Below are positions 26,993-38,400 of a stretch of 59,737 nt of DNA, piece by piece. The notes beneath the pieces were generated by a model. That model was not told where the DNA came from, made no database searches, and saw only the letters and a list, made by a program, of their open reading frames with translations. The position numbers and the translations under genes were made by a program. How positions within the stretch are numbered: position 1 is the first letter of the stretch; the number at the start of each line of letters is the position of its first letter. The stretch spans positions 1 through 59,737 of the IMG/VR virus record IMGVR_UViG_3300034147_000035; one strand, given 5' to 3'. The stretch is from a virus. Its lineage: Duplodnaviria > Caudoviricetes.

Positions 26993-27425
26993 GCTAGAAA
27001 GACAAACGATATCTGATCATTTCTTATCCGCGTGGGATCCTGCGGATGGAGTTATCGCTTGGCCGAATAAACCTTTTGAAACTCCAAAGAAAGCACAGTT
27101 CGCCGTCTTCAATATAGTGGATCGTGGGACTGTTCGCAAGAGTTTAGGAGTGGATTATTTCAAGCGTTATTTCGGCACGATGCAGATAGATATTTATGTT
27201 CCTCAAGACTTAGGAACAAAGCCGTCCAGAGATATTGCGGACAAGCTTGAGCCTATATATGATTCGCTGGATCTGCTCATGAGCAATGGGCAGCTTCTTG
27301 TATTTGGGACACCTACAGCTCGTACTTTGGCCCTGAATGAACAGAGGGCGGCAAATCTTGAAGATAATTGGGACCGACTTATTTTCGAGGCACCTTACTA
27401 TAGAGATCAGCATGTTGAAAAATAA
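26982..27425 (+). CDS. Tail terminator
   Basis: IAWPN..F and G..QIDIYVP...G motifs; synteny. Confidence 0.7.
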   Translation: MSRELERQTISDHFLSAWDPADGVIAWPNKPFETPKKAQFAVFNIVDRGTVRKSLGVDYFKRYFGTMQIDIYVPQDLGTKPSRDIADKLEPIYDSLDLLMSNGQLLVFGTPTARTLALNEQRAANLEDNWDRLIFEAPYYRDQHVEK

Positions 27426-27482
27426 TGCTTGTATCTCTCCCCATAGTGAGGTATGGCATAGCTAGGTCAGGAGGCTTTTCTG

Positions 27483-28985
27483 ATGGACTCTAATCGCACC
27501 GCACTTCGCGTCGCCAAGGAACCCTCCTTCGGCGTAGCCCCGACCAATCCTCTGTATCAAGAGATTCGTCGGACCTCGGATGGGCTGGCTTTCACGCCCA
27601 CTAACGAGGTGACTCAGGAAATTGAGTCAACTCGTCAGGTTACTGATCTCATCAACACAGGACGTGATGCCGCTGGCGACATGGCCTTTGAACTTTCCAT
27701 TGAGAACATGGACTCCTTTATGGAGGGAATGTTCTGCAATCCTTGGCTTCGTACGCCAGAAGTGAAGAATGGTCCGGCGTGGGAGTATGGTGCGTCAGCT
27801 ACTCGCATCACGGCTTGCACCCCGACGACTGTCACGCTAGCGGCCACTTCAGTTCTTTCTGGTAGCCAGATTAACGCGACCGGTACTTCGTTCCTCGCCA
27901 ATATGCTTGTGAGTCTCTCTGGGTTTGCGAACCTGAATGGATTGTACAAGGTCTCCGGTTCTGCTGCTACGTCAATCACAATCGCTGGTGGTCCGACTGA
28001 CGCTGCTCCGGGTACGAATGCCCGCGTGAAGGTAGTCGGCGTGGAAGGAGCTGCGGCTGATATCACCGCAGTTATTTCCGGTGGGCCAGCTCTCGTCACG
28101 ACTGCGCTCAATTGGACGACTCTTGGGTTGATCGTCGGCCAGTGGGTCAAGATCTCCAATGAGGGCGGTGCCTACTCTTTCGCAACGGTGGCAAACAATG
28201 GATACGCTCGCATCAGCGCAATCACTGCCACCCGTCTCAGTTTCGATGCGACACAGGGTATCTTCGCTGCTGATACTGGAGCTGGCAAAACGATCCGAGT
28301 GTATTTCGGTGATACTATTCGTAACGGTATCACTCAGTACACTTATCGTGTTGAGAAAGAGTACACGCTTGCTGCTGGCGTTCGTTACTCATACTTCTCA
28401 GGTCACCAACCCTCAGCTCTCACGCTGACTGCTGAAACTCGTGGCGTTGTCACGGGTACTCAGTCTTGGATGGGTGCAGATGCTACTCCCCCATCGGCCA
28501 CTCGTGATGTTGGCGCTGCGACTTTGCCGATCTCGAACAAAACCGTGCTTGATGCCTCCAATTCCGTCCCAATGATTATGGAGGCTGGTGTTGTCCTCGG
28601 CGCCCCGAATTATGTAAGCGGGTTCACATTCACGTTTGACAATGGTCTTCGTGCTCGTAACGCAATCGGATCGCCGGGGGCAATCGGTCTGGGTATGGGC
28701 CGTGTGAACATTACGGGTACTCTCACTACTTATTTCGGTGATGAGGTCTTGCTCAATAAGCTGCGCGCTGCTCAGGCATCGGGAACGACTATTGCTTTCC
28801 GTGATGCAGCTAATCTGATGGGCGAGATCTGGGATATGCCACGTCTGAAATATAGTTCAGGTTTCCCGGAGGTTCCTGGCATTGATACCGATCTCACGAC
28901 TGCTCTAGGTTTCCAGGCGTTGCGGGATCTCGCGGCCAATCGTGACTATACGATTATGCTTTGCCGATTTGACTATTTGCAGTAA
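27483..28985 (+). CDS. Major tail tube protein
   Basis: SNR..L....E..FG..P N-terminus; G...ITG.LT.YF near C-terminus. Confidence 0.8.
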   Translation: MDSNRTALRVAKEPSFGVAPTNPLYQEIRRTSDGLAFTPTNEVTQEIESTRQVTDLINTGRDAAGDMAFELSIENMDSFMEGMFCNPWLRTPEVKNGPAWEYGASATRITACTPTTVTLAATSVLSGSQINATGTSFLANMLVSLSGFANLNGLYKVSGSAATSITIAGGPTDAAPGTNARVKVVGVEGAAADITAVISGGPALVTTALNWTTLGLIVGQWVKISNEGGAYSFATVANNGYARISAITATRLSFDATQGIFAADTGAGKTIRVYFGDTIRNGITQYTYRVEKEYTLAAGVRYSYFSGHQPSALTLTAETRGVVTGTQSWMGADATPPSATRDVGAATLPISNKTVLDASNSVPMIMEAGVVLGAPNYVSGFTFTFDNGLRARNAIGSPGAIGLGMGRVNITGTLTTYFGDEVLLNKLRAAQASGTTIAFRDAANLMGEIWDMPRLKYSSGFPEVPGIDTDLTTALGFQALRDLAANRDYTIMLCRFDYLQ

Positions 28986-29011
28986 GATCGGCGGATAAGA
29001 CTAAGAAGTAC

Positions 29012-29042
29012 GGCTGGTCCTCATCGCTATGGGGGCCAGCCC
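29012..29042 (+). terminator. Hairpin after tail tube gene
   Basis: GGCTGGTCCTCAT...ATGGGGGCCAGCC. Confidence 0.45.
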
Positions 29043-29069
29043 ATAGACTGATCTAGAAGGAGCAAGACA

Positions 29070-29501
29070 ATGGCTGGTTTTCTTGACCGTTACAATACCG
29101 ACCGAAACGCCGAAGAAGATGGCGTGTGGGTTGATTATGGTGATGGCGTTAAAGTCCAAGTTCGCAGGCTGAGTTCCAGATTCTCTCGTGATGTGCGTCG
29201 TAAATTGGAGAAGCCTTATTCTTCTCAGTTCCGCAATCGCGACATGCCAGATTCTCTCCAGGAAGAATTGCTGAACAAGCAGATCGCTAAGGCGATCGTC
29301 GTCAACTGGGAAGGTGTACCTGATCCAGATAAACCTGATGTCATGCTTCCCTATAATGAGGACAATGTCCTCAGGATGATGACTCAGTTTCCAGACTTCC
29401 GGGACGACATTCTTACGGCATCAATGGAACGCTCTACCTTCGAGAAAGAACAGAGGAAGGAAGCGGAAAAAAACTTGAAACCTGCCTCAAGTGGCAGCTA
29501 A
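29070..29501 (+). CDS. Tail assembly chaperone (G)
   Basis: E.DGVWV and VNWEGV motifs; between tube and tape measure. Confidence 0.85.
   Translation: MAGFLDRYNTDRNAEEDGVWVDYGDGVKVQVRRLSSRFSRDVRRKLEKPYSSQFRNRDMPDSLQEELLNKQIAKAIVVNWEGVPDPDKPDVMLPYNEDNVLRMMTQFPDFRDDILTASMERSTFEKEQRKEAEKNLKPASSGS
29468..29474 (+). other. -1 ribosomal frameshift site A AAA AAC (G-T fusion)
   Basis: The -1 frame is open from the site into ORF 29519..29869. Confidence 0.8.
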
Positions 29502-29518
29502 AGCCCAAGCCTCACGAC

Positions 29519-29869
29519 TTGGAGAAAATGCGGGAAGACATACTGGCTCGAGGTGAGGATCCTGCCGATTTCCCAATTCTAAATGATCAACCGGAACTCT
29601 TTCCGGACTTGCTTTGGATTTGGGAGGGCTTCATGCTTCTCACTTCGTCTCGTCAATATGGGATGTCAAGTCCTCAGCCTATTCAGATGGGCGAGATTCT
29701 CGCATACTGTGAGCTTACCAGAATGGATGATCCTGATGAGCGTGATGATTTCCTTCATCATGTACAGGCAATGGATCGTGTATTCCTAGCAGATTTCCGT
29801 GCTCGTAATCCTTCTAAGGGTACGCCTAGCCGTGGCGGTGTTCCTCCTCACATGGGGAGTCGTAGATAA
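29519..29869 (+). CDS. Tail assembly chaperone T (frameshift extension)
   Basis: PEL.....WIWEGF..L..SRQ.GM...PI and AMD motifs. Confidence 0.8.
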   Translation: MEKMREDILARGEDPADFPILNDQPELFPDLLWIWEGFMLLTSSRQYGMSSPQPIQMGEILAYCELTRMDDPDERDDFLHHVQAMDRVFLADFRARNPSKGTPSRGGVPPHMGSRR

Positions 29870-32800
29870 TGGCTACCTACAAACTAGAAATTGATGGCTC
29901 TGGTGCGGAATCTGGCTCGCAGAGAATTGTCAAATCTTTTGATGCTATCAAGGCTGCTGCTGAGAAGATGGAAGGTGGCGTCACTGCCGCTGCTAAGAAG
30001 GCTTCTGCTGCTTTCGCCCAGATGGCTTCTGCCAAGCCGGTAAGTCAATCCGCTATCAATTCGTTGCGAGAACTCTCTGCTGTTTTTAAGAATTTCAAAG
30101 GTCCTAGTGAGGCTGCTACTCGTAACACTATCGCATTTCTACAAGGTATAGCCGCAGTCGGTAGACTAAAGATCGGGGGAACTGCCAGTCTATCAAATCT
30201 CCTAACAGCCATCGCTGGTTTCAAGGGTCCGACTCCACTGGCGGGTAAGAATACGGAAAGTCTTCTTAAAGCATTACAAAGAGCTAGTGGAATCTCAGTT
30301 TCTAGAGGATTGGGTAGTACGCTTAATGCTCTGTCAACTTTTAAGGGACCGAGTGCCTATGCTGCGAAGAATATCACAGCGATGCTTAATTCATTGGCAG
30401 CATTCAAAGCACCTACCGGACTTCGTGCTGCCACGAATGCTTTGAATGCTCTCACTGCTGCGGCGAATGCCGCGAATGGATCTATGCAGCGCCTGAGAGT
30501 GACTACCAATTCTAAGATGTCAGTGAACATTCGCACGGGAGAAGCGCATAAGAATATTAGTTCATTGATACGTCAACAAAATCTCATGCAGATGGCGCTG
30601 CTTCGCACACAAACCCTTTGGAATTCTCTCGGCGGTATTCTCGCTGGACGAGCGATTGTCAATGCCTCTAACGATATCATTAAGATTCGCGCTCAGCTAG
30701 AAGCAGCGACTGGTACTGCCGCTCAGGCTAGAATTCAATTCCAATTCCTTCAAGAACAGAGTCAAAGGTTAGGATTAGACTTCCGCGAAACAGCTAAGTC
30801 TTATGGCTTCTTCCTCGGCGCGATTAAAGGCACTGGAATGACCTTTAAGGAGACTCAGGATATTTTCCGTGGGTTCTCCACTGCTGCTCGTGCCCTTCAA
30901 CTCAGCACATCAGATGTTGATGGTATTTTCCGTGCTCTTGGCCAGATCATGTCCAAGGGTAAGTTGCAAGCTGAAGAGCTTCGCCAACAACTAGGTGATC
31001 GTCTCCCGGGTGCTTTCGTAAGATTCGCCAAAGCGTTGGATATGACCAAGCCAGGAGAATTGGATGCAGCTCTTAAGAAAGGAGCTATCAGCGGAGACAA
31101 ACTTAAGAAAGCACTTATTGAAGTCGCTGCGGTTATGGAAGTAGAATTTGCAGATTCAGCAGAAAAGATGTCTAAGACTGTTGATGCAGCATTTAATCGC
31201 CTGAAGAATTCTTTCGTGAATGCTGCTGCTGGTCTCGGTTCTAGTGGTATGAATGAAGCTCTTATAGCTTTAGCAGATACCATGCGTGCATTCTTAGAAT
31301 CTGAAGGTCTTAGTGATGCTCTTTGGGTTCTCGGCAAAACTATGAAAGTTGTAGCTGAGAATATTAATCTCGTTGTTTATGCAATGGGAACCCTTGCTCT
31401 TTCTGCTACTCTCAAATGGGTAGCTGCTCTAGGACTTTTGCAGAAAGCATTTCTCGGATTAGTCACTACTGTAAAACTCACGGCTTATGCGATGGCTGGT
31501 CTCAGAGGAACAGCTCTCATGATGGCGGCGGGCATGGGGAGTGTCACTGCCGCGACTACTGTTACGACTAGAGCTTGGATGGCTCTGAATGCTGTAATGA
31601 AAGCCAACATATTTCTTATAATTGCAGCAGTTATTGTCGCGGTAGTCGCCGCTTATATGAATTGGAACAGAGAATTACATAAAAATGAAGATGCTCTAAG
31701 GGCCTCTGGCAGAGCAAGTGCAGTCGCGGAGAATGCAGTTGAACAGTTTACTTTAGAAATAATGGAGAATACTAATCAACTAGATAGAGGAAATCAAAGT
31801 TTACGAGAAAGAATTCGTCTTCAGGTTGCTACTGCTCAAGGTACATGGAGAGAAGCTGTCCAAGGAATAACTGGAGGAGTTGATAAACCTTCTACAAGTC
31901 TCTTTGGACGCCTAGGCGGAACTCGCATCGCTGCCAAGCCTGGAGAACACGGAGCGACAGGCTACATGATGTTTATGGGAGAGAGAATTACTAACCCTGA
32001 ACTTATGAAAGCCGTCGCTGAAGCTGCAAGAGCGACAAGTCCCAAAGAGTACCAGAGAGCAGCGGGTAGACTGGGGATGCTTGCAGGGGTGCAGGGAGAA
32101 CTCGGAGCTCTGTCTGGGCCTGAGCGAGCCATAGCCCAGAAGGGTTATGAGATGGTGGGTGGAAGACTTGAACAGTTCAATCCATCCACGTATAAGATGA
32201 TGGGTCTTTCGTATGAGAGTGAACAGCATAGGAAAGAAGCCGAAGAAATTTTCGCTGGTCCGGCAGCAGAAGGAGGAGGCATCACTGGTGAACCCATAGA
32301 GAAAGCTGCAAAGACCGGAGGTAAGACTCCAGCTGAAGAATGGGCTGATAAACTTAAGACTTCTATTCGTTCTGCCCAAGAAGCATTATCTGATCTCACC
32401 TTAGAAACTGAAGGTGCGGCAAAAGCTTCTGAAAATCTTCTTGCTGGTATGGATCCTTTTGCAGCGGCGGCTGAACAAGCAGCTAACACTCAATTAAAAG
32501 CATTCAAGGATACCTTCAAGACTACCGAGGAAGAAGCTAAAGGTATTGTTGCTCTCGCTGAAGATATGCAGAAAAATAATCAGATCGCTGCGGGTGTTGA
32601 TATTTCTACTGCCGCTGCTGCTGAACAAGCTATCCTTGATGTTTACTCTGCTCGGCAAAAGCAAAATGCAGAAGCACAAAAGCATCTGGAGATATCGCAG
32701 ACTCTGGCGGGAATGCAACAGGAGAATAAGATTCAAGAGCAAGCCAACGCTCTTCTTGCAGCCGGAGGAACTCAGGAAGATTACAACAAGCTCTTGTATG

Positions 32801-35457
32801 TTGAACAGCAACTCTTAGGAGCGTCCCAGGCTTATCGTGATGCGAATATAGATAAAATTGAACAAGAATATGATGCCAAGGTAAAACTTGCTCGCCAGAC
32901 TGAACTCTTAAATGCCCAGCGTGAACTTGAGGTTGCTAAGACAGTTAATACACAGATGGCCGGAGTTTATGCCCAAGGAGGAACTCCAGAGCAGGTTGCT
33001 AATCTAAAGGAGATAGTCGAACTTCGCGCCAAGATGGCGAGTGATGGGGCAACAGAAAAAGAAATTGCCGATCGTGTTAAAGTTGTTCAGGGTATGCAAG
33101 AACAAATTCGCGTCATGAAGAAGATGGAGGATGCGTACGAGAAACTTGTTCAGCTTGCTACTGATATGGCTGACGCGATTGTTAACGGTTTCAAGGAGGG
33201 GATAGAGAGTGGACAGGGCTTCCTGAAAACATTGAAGGGTATCTTCAAAGACCTCAAGAATATCATCATGGATGCCTATGTCTACAATCCCCTGAAACAA
33301 TTCCTTAGGGATTCTCTCTTAGGAGTCATGGGAGGTATTGCTCCAGGAGCAGCAGGAGGGACTACCACAAGCTCTACCGGAGGCGGCTCTATTGGCTCGG
33401 CTGGAGGCGGATTCAATTTGGGTTCACTATTCAATTTCATGAGTGGTAGTGATACAGGAAGTACTTCTACTGCTTCGGCACAGACTAAGGTAGCTGCGAG
33501 TGAGATCGGCAAAGAAGTCGGCGAAGTCATGATGGACATCAATGGTAATCTAGTTCAGGGTGGTCCCGGAACTAGTTATCAGGCTATTCAAACCCTTCAA
33601 ACTATAACTTCTCCATCGGGAGGTTTCACTAAGGCTATTTCTGGTCTTAAGAAATTATTTGATCCTAAGTCTGCTAAGGCTGCTGGCGACGCAATGAAGA
33701 AGAGTTTTCAGACTGGTAAAGGTATCGGTGGATCTATCTCTGGAGTTGTTGGAGTCGCTGCAGAAGCGTATGGTATGTGGAAGATGGGGAACGCAGTCGG
33801 TAAAGGAGTAGCTAAGGCTCTCGGCGGCGGGTTCCGGACTCAGGCTGTTGTCGGCGGTGTTGTCGGTGGAGCAGCAGCGGGTTACAAATTGGGAAGCATG
33901 TTCGGTCCAATGGGTGGTGCGATCGGTGCGGGGGTCGGTGCGGTTGTCGGCGGTATTCTTGGATTCTTAAAGAAAAAGCCAAAGATTCCTTCTTCCTATG
34001 GTTCAATTGTCGTAGGTGAGGATGGTATCGCTGTCGTTGGTGAGGCTGGAAAGTACGGGAAGGGTTCCAAGAAAATTGGTAAGCAGATGGCTGACGCTGC
34101 TGCCAAGATGTTTAATGATTTCGCAGAAAACCTAGACGCTACTCTTACAGCGGGTTCGTATGGATCATTTGGTCAGCGAGTGTTTAGTAAGAAAAAGGGA
34201 GCAACGGCAGAATCTTTCTATTCTTTGCTAGGCACATCAAGTAAAGGTAAGCCTCTCGGTCGTGAAGGTGTTGACTGGATCAAGGGTACTGATACTGAAG
34301 TTCAGGCTTTTGCTCTCATCCAGCAAGTACGGAAAGGAATGATCACTGGCCTTAGTAATGTCATGCAGCAAGTCTTTGCTAATACGAAGGCTACCACTAT
34401 GGAGCAGCTCCAGGAAGACATTGGGGTCGGTAAAGCCTATGAGGAATTCATCAAGGGTTCTTTCCACATGGCAGATCTTGCCAAACAGGCTAAGGATCTT
34501 AATGATGCGTGGAAGAAACTGAGTCGCCAAGCTGCTGAGCTGGGATTAAACACCGAGGCTCTTGCTGCTGCTCGTGATCGTATGATGGCACAAATGAAGA
34601 AGGACTTTAACTACCAGATCTCCCAGGGAATTCTAGGTTATGAAAATCCCGCGCTTGCTGCTTTCAATGATCTTGAGAGGGAATATAGAGAGACGGTCGA
34701 GAATGCTATGGCCGTGGGCGGTGATCTCGTAGCGGTTGAGAAATACTACGGCTTGAGGCGCACGGAACTCGTAAAGCAGATGGCTGAGGAAGCCAACAAT
34801 GGCATCAAGAAGATCGCCAAAGATCTCCTTACAAGCCTGACTGCCTCCAGTGCTTCCCCGTTGTCAGCACAGTCAATCTTTGGTAATGCTCAACAGATGT
34901 TCCGTGGACTAGTGTCACAGATATCCTCTGGGGACTACACGAATGTTGATCAACTCAACACTTATGCGACTAATTATCTAGACGCTGCGCGCTCGATAGG
35001 AGCCTCCAGTGTTGAGTACTTTGATATCTTCCAAGAGGTGACCGATTTCCTGAAGGAAGTTTCTAGTGCTACGGGAGGAGCGGGCGGAGGCACAGGTCTC
35101 ACTGATCTCCCGGCTCTACCGGATATTGATACTATTGTAGCAGAGATCAATGCTAGAAATGCCGAGATGGTTGCTGCCACTGAGCAGGTCGGTGAGGCTG
35201 TAGTTGAGAGTGGTACCCAAGTAGTTGACACCCTGAACTATGGATTTGGTGGTATCTTAGGTGCCCTCCTAGGTCAGATTACGGGGACTAATGGTTATCC
35301 GGCTGGTTATATTCCACCAACTGGAACTGGAGTTGCTAGCACTGGTGGAACAGGAGGTTCTTATGGAACAAGTGCTACCACAGGTGGAGGCGGCAGTTAT
35401 GGTGGAGGTTCTGGTGGTGGTGGCGGAATATATGGTTCAGATGTTAATCTCGTATAG
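29869..35457 (+). CDS. Tape measure protein (1862 aa)
   Basis: ALGQIMSKGKLQAEELRQQLGDRLPGA tape-measure motif; long helical protein. Confidence 0.92.
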   Translation: MATYKLEIDGSGAESGSQRIVKSFDAIKAAAEKMEGGVTAAAKKASAAFAQMASAKPVSQSAINSLRELSAVFKNFKGPSEAATRNTIAFLQGIAAVGRLKIGGTASLSNLLTAIAGFKGPTPLAGKNTESLLKALQRASGISVSRGLGSTLNALSTFKGPSAYAAKNITAMLNSLAAFKAPTGLRAATNALNALTAAANAANGSMQRLRVTTNSKMSVNIRTGEAHKNISSLIRQQNLMQMALLRTQTLWNSLGGILAGRAIVNASNDIIKIRAQLEAATGTAAQARIQFQFLQEQSQRLGLDFRETAKSYGFFLGAIKGTGMTFKETQDIFRGFSTAARALQLSTSDVDGIFRALGQIMSKGKLQAEELRQQLGDRLPGAFVRFAKALDMTKPGELDAALKKGAISGDKLKKALIEVAAVMEVEFADSAEKMSKTVDAAFNRLKNSFVNAAAGLGSSGMNEALIALADTMRAFLESEGLSDALWVLGKTMKVVAENINLVVYAMGTLALSATLKWVAALGLLQKAFLGLVTTVKLTAYAMAGLRGTALMMAAGMGSVTAATTVTTRAWMALNAVMKANIFLIIAAVIVAVVAAYMNWNRELHKNEDALRASGRASAVAENAVEQFTLEIMENTNQLDRGNQSLRERIRLQVATAQGTWREAVQGITGGVDKPSTSLFGRLGGTRIAAKPGEHGATGYMMFMGERITNPELMKAVAEAARATSPKEYQRAAGRLGMLAGVQGELGALSGPERAIAQKGYEMVGGRLEQFNPSTYKMMGLSYESEQHRKEAEEIFAGPAAEGGGITGEPIEKAAKTGGKTPAEEWADKLKTSIRSAQEALSDLTLETEGAAKASENLLAGMDPFAAAAEQAANTQLKAFKDTFKTTEEEAKGIVALAEDMQKNNQIAAGVDISTAAAAEQAILDVYSARQKQNAEAQKHLEISQTLAGMQQENKIQEQANALLAAGGTQEDYNKLLYVEQQLLGASQAYRDANIDKIEQEYDAKVKLARQTELLNAQRELEVAKTVNTQMAGVYAQGGTPEQVANLKEIVELRAKMASDGATEKEIADRVKVVQGMQEQIRVMKKMEDAYEKLVQLATDMADAIVNGFKEGIESGQGFLKTLKGIFKDLKNIIMDAYVYNPLKQFLRDSLLGVMGGIAPGAAGGTTTSSTGGGSIGSAGGGFNLGSLFNFMSGSDTGSTSTASAQTKVAASEIGKEVGEVMMDINGNLVQGGPGTSYQAIQTLQTITSPSGGFTKAISGLKKLFDPKSAKAAGDAMKKSFQTGKGIGGSISGVVGVAAEAYGMWKMGNAVGKGVAKALGGGFRTQAVVGGVVGGAAAGYKLGSMFGPMGGAIGAGVGAVVGGILGFLKKKPKIPSSYGSIVVGEDGIAVVGEAGKYGKGSKKIGKQMADAAAKMFNDFAENLDATLTAGSYGSFGQRVFSKKKGATAESFYSLLGTSSKGKPLGREGVDWIKGTDTEVQAFALIQQVRKGMITGLSNVMQQVFANTKATTMEQLQEDIGVGKAYEEFIKGSFHMADLAKQAKDLNDAWKKLSRQAAELGLNTEALAAARDRMMAQMKKDFNYQISQGILGYENPALAAFNDLEREYRETVENAMAVGGDLVAVEKYYGLRRTELVKQMAEEANNGIKKIAKDLLTSLTASSASPLSAQSIFGNAQQMFRGLVSQISSGDYTNVDQLNTYATNYLDAARSIGASSVEYFDIFQEVTDFLKEVSSATGGAGGGTGLTDLPALPDIDTIVAEINARNAEMVAATEQVGEAVVESGTQVVDTLNYGFGGILGALLGQITGTNGYPAGYIPPTGTGVASTGGTGGSYGTSATTGGGGSYGGGSGGGGGIYGSDVNLV

Positions 35458-35469
35458 TGAGTAGGAATT

Positions 35470-38400
35470 TTGGCTGATAGAGTTTATCTGCTTGAGTGCA
35501 AGCCCCTTGATCCAGCTTCTGGAACTATAAAGAATGCGTACTTTTCAGCGGGCCTTACCACTGAAGCAGATCTCGGTACAGCTGATCCTTATCCTGTAAG
35601 ACTGCAGAGATCCTTCTCACATGAGACTTCTGTTTTTGAAGATAATATGCCGGGGCAGACTAATACTTCCGTCGGTTCAGCAGTTATTCTAAATACGGAT
35701 GGTCGGTTTGATTATCTTCTCAATTACAACTGGGATAATCGTGCAGTCACTATTAAAAGTGGTGAGGAAGGAGCAGCCTACGCGACTTATGTTACTGAGT
35801 TTGTAGGAGTCACTCTTGAACTTACTACTGATCTCAGCAGTCTTGTTCTTACCCTGAAAGATAATAGCTACAAGTTAATTGAACAGATGCAGAAGACTAA
35901 GTTCCTCGGCTCCGGGGCGCAGGAAGGCGGAGTTGAACTTAGAGATCGCCGGAAACCCTTGCTATTCGGAAAGACTCGTAATCTTTCTCCGGTACTGATT
36001 GACATAGCTCTTCTCACTTCACAGATTCACGATGGTACTCTGGCTTCTGTGGATGCAGTTTATGATCGTGGTGTACCTTTAACATTTTCTGCGAACTATG
36101 CCACCTATGCTCTGCTCGCAGCAGCCACGATCGCCCCAGGATATTATGCAACTTGTCTGGCACAGGGCTATCTTCGTTTAGGAGCTCCTCCTTACGGTAT
36201 CGTTACAGTGGATGCCGTTGGTCAGTTCAACACTGCTACAAATATCCCTGAGATGGTGAAGCAATTTCTACTCAGTACACGAGTAGGTCTTGTCACAGCA
36301 GATATAGATGTTGCTTCTTTCACTGAAGCTTCCGGGGAATGTCCTTATAATTTTGAGGGTGCTTATTTAGCAGAACCAGACTTTCAGGTCGATCAATTCG
36401 TGGAGACTATGGCTTCTTCCATGAATGCTTTCTGGTATGTAAGTCGTACTGGATTAATCACTTTCCGTCAATTTAGGTTCCGTCCTTCATCTGCTTCTAT
36501 ACGCGCTGAAGATCTTATGAATCTTGGCAAGGCAGCATCTCCTCAACCTCTACATAAGGTTCGTGTGAAATACGCCAAGAATGCTACAGTCATGTCACAG
36601 GGGGATTTCACTATCCCTGTACAAGCATTCAATGGTTATCTCACGAAACGCTATCATTATGTAGATATCTCTTCTGGTGAAATTCCTGCGAATTATGCTA
36701 ATGCCGGTGAGTATAAAGTCTTCTTAAATGATGTTCAGGTGAACGATCTTTCGGACGTTCAGTTTAGGATTCCCAATAATGAACCGTGGATCACCATTGA
36801 TAACTTAGGTGTCATCACGGTAACGAATTCAGGGGTTGCTTCTGCGAGTGCTGTCGTACGCGCTAGCATTGGGGAGTTCTCAGTAGAAGAAGTCTTTACT
36901 ATGGTGCGGGATTCTTCTGCACCACTACAGTCAATGTCGTTGACGCTATCTAGTAATCGCTTCTTCTTTGATGATCTTAATAAACCGGATCCTCCCGCGC
37001 AGACTATCACTATAACTGCGACAGGAAGTAATACTACTGCGCCGATTACTGTCACGGCGAAAGACAATCTTAACCAGAATGTCGTAGTGACAGGCGGCAC
37101 TATCCCGATAGCGAATGTATCTGTATCTCCTTTGGTATTCTATATTGAAGTGACTGCTGTCTCTGTTGATATGGTTTATCAGAAGCAGCGCATCATGGTT
37201 CAGCATGGAACGGATGCCGCTATTGCTGCGACTCTAGCCGCACTAGCAGCGTCTAATGATGCGATTACTTTCTATTATCAAGCTAATGCCCCGACTGTTG
37301 AGACAGATGGTGTTCAGGTAGATGATGTTTGGATTGATACTAATGACGGGAATAAGCAATATCGTTGGACCGGAATTAGTTGGTCCTCTATAACCGATAC
37401 TAGAGTCACAGATGCACTAGCGGCTGCGGCGGGTGCTCAAGCAACGGCTGATGGCAAGATCACTACTTACTTTAGTGATGTGTCACCGACAGCCCCAACC
37501 GGAGGTTTTGTTCAGGGAGATCTCTGGTACCAAGATACTACGAAAACTCTGTATCGCTGGAGCGGTTCTGCTTGGAGCCAGTCTGTCGGCACTTTTGGAG
37601 CCGAGTACTATGAGACAGTTTATGGCAAGCCGCTGAGTGAAGTTCTTATTGATGAGATGGAGTATAAGAACTCTACCAAATTCGCGAAGCGTTGGCTGGT
37701 TCGTGAAGGCGAAGGCATTATCAATTATGATCAAAAAGATAAAGGTGTACAGGGTGGAGCATATCTAAGAATAACTAGTCCCACTGTTCCAGTGGAATTA
37801 GTTACTAACGGAACTTTTCCGACGGCTACTACAGGATGGACTGCTGGTCCTAATACGACATTATCTATCGGTGCTCAGGCATTACGAGTTACAACTACTT
37901 CTACTGTGAGTGCCTATGCCTATCAAGCGATTACTTGTGTCGTAGGTAAGACATATTCTGTCTCCTATGAAAATAATGAGCGGATTGCCACTAGTGTTAT
38001 CTTTCAAATTGCAAATGATTCGGCAGGAACTTCAACGGTATATAGCGATACCACTGAAAGAAGTAGTGTATATACTTCTACTTTCGTAGCGACACAAACC
38101 ACCCATTATATTCGCTGTGTTGCTGTCGCTACCATCTCTGGTCGTTATGCTGACTTTGACAATATCTCTATAATGCAGACTGCTCCCGGGGATATCTGGT
38201 TGAGCTATGTCGGCGAGCCTGTTCCTTTTGATCCAGCAGCTTCTTACGAAGTTGAGATCGCTATTCGCCGTCCGTCGGGAGATGGTAAGGTCAATCTCGG
38301 GTTAGAGGGTCTTGCTGATGACAAGGTGACTCTTGTAAGCCGAACAGGTACTAATTCATATACGACCCCTCACTGGATATGCGCGGCTGCGGCGACTCCT

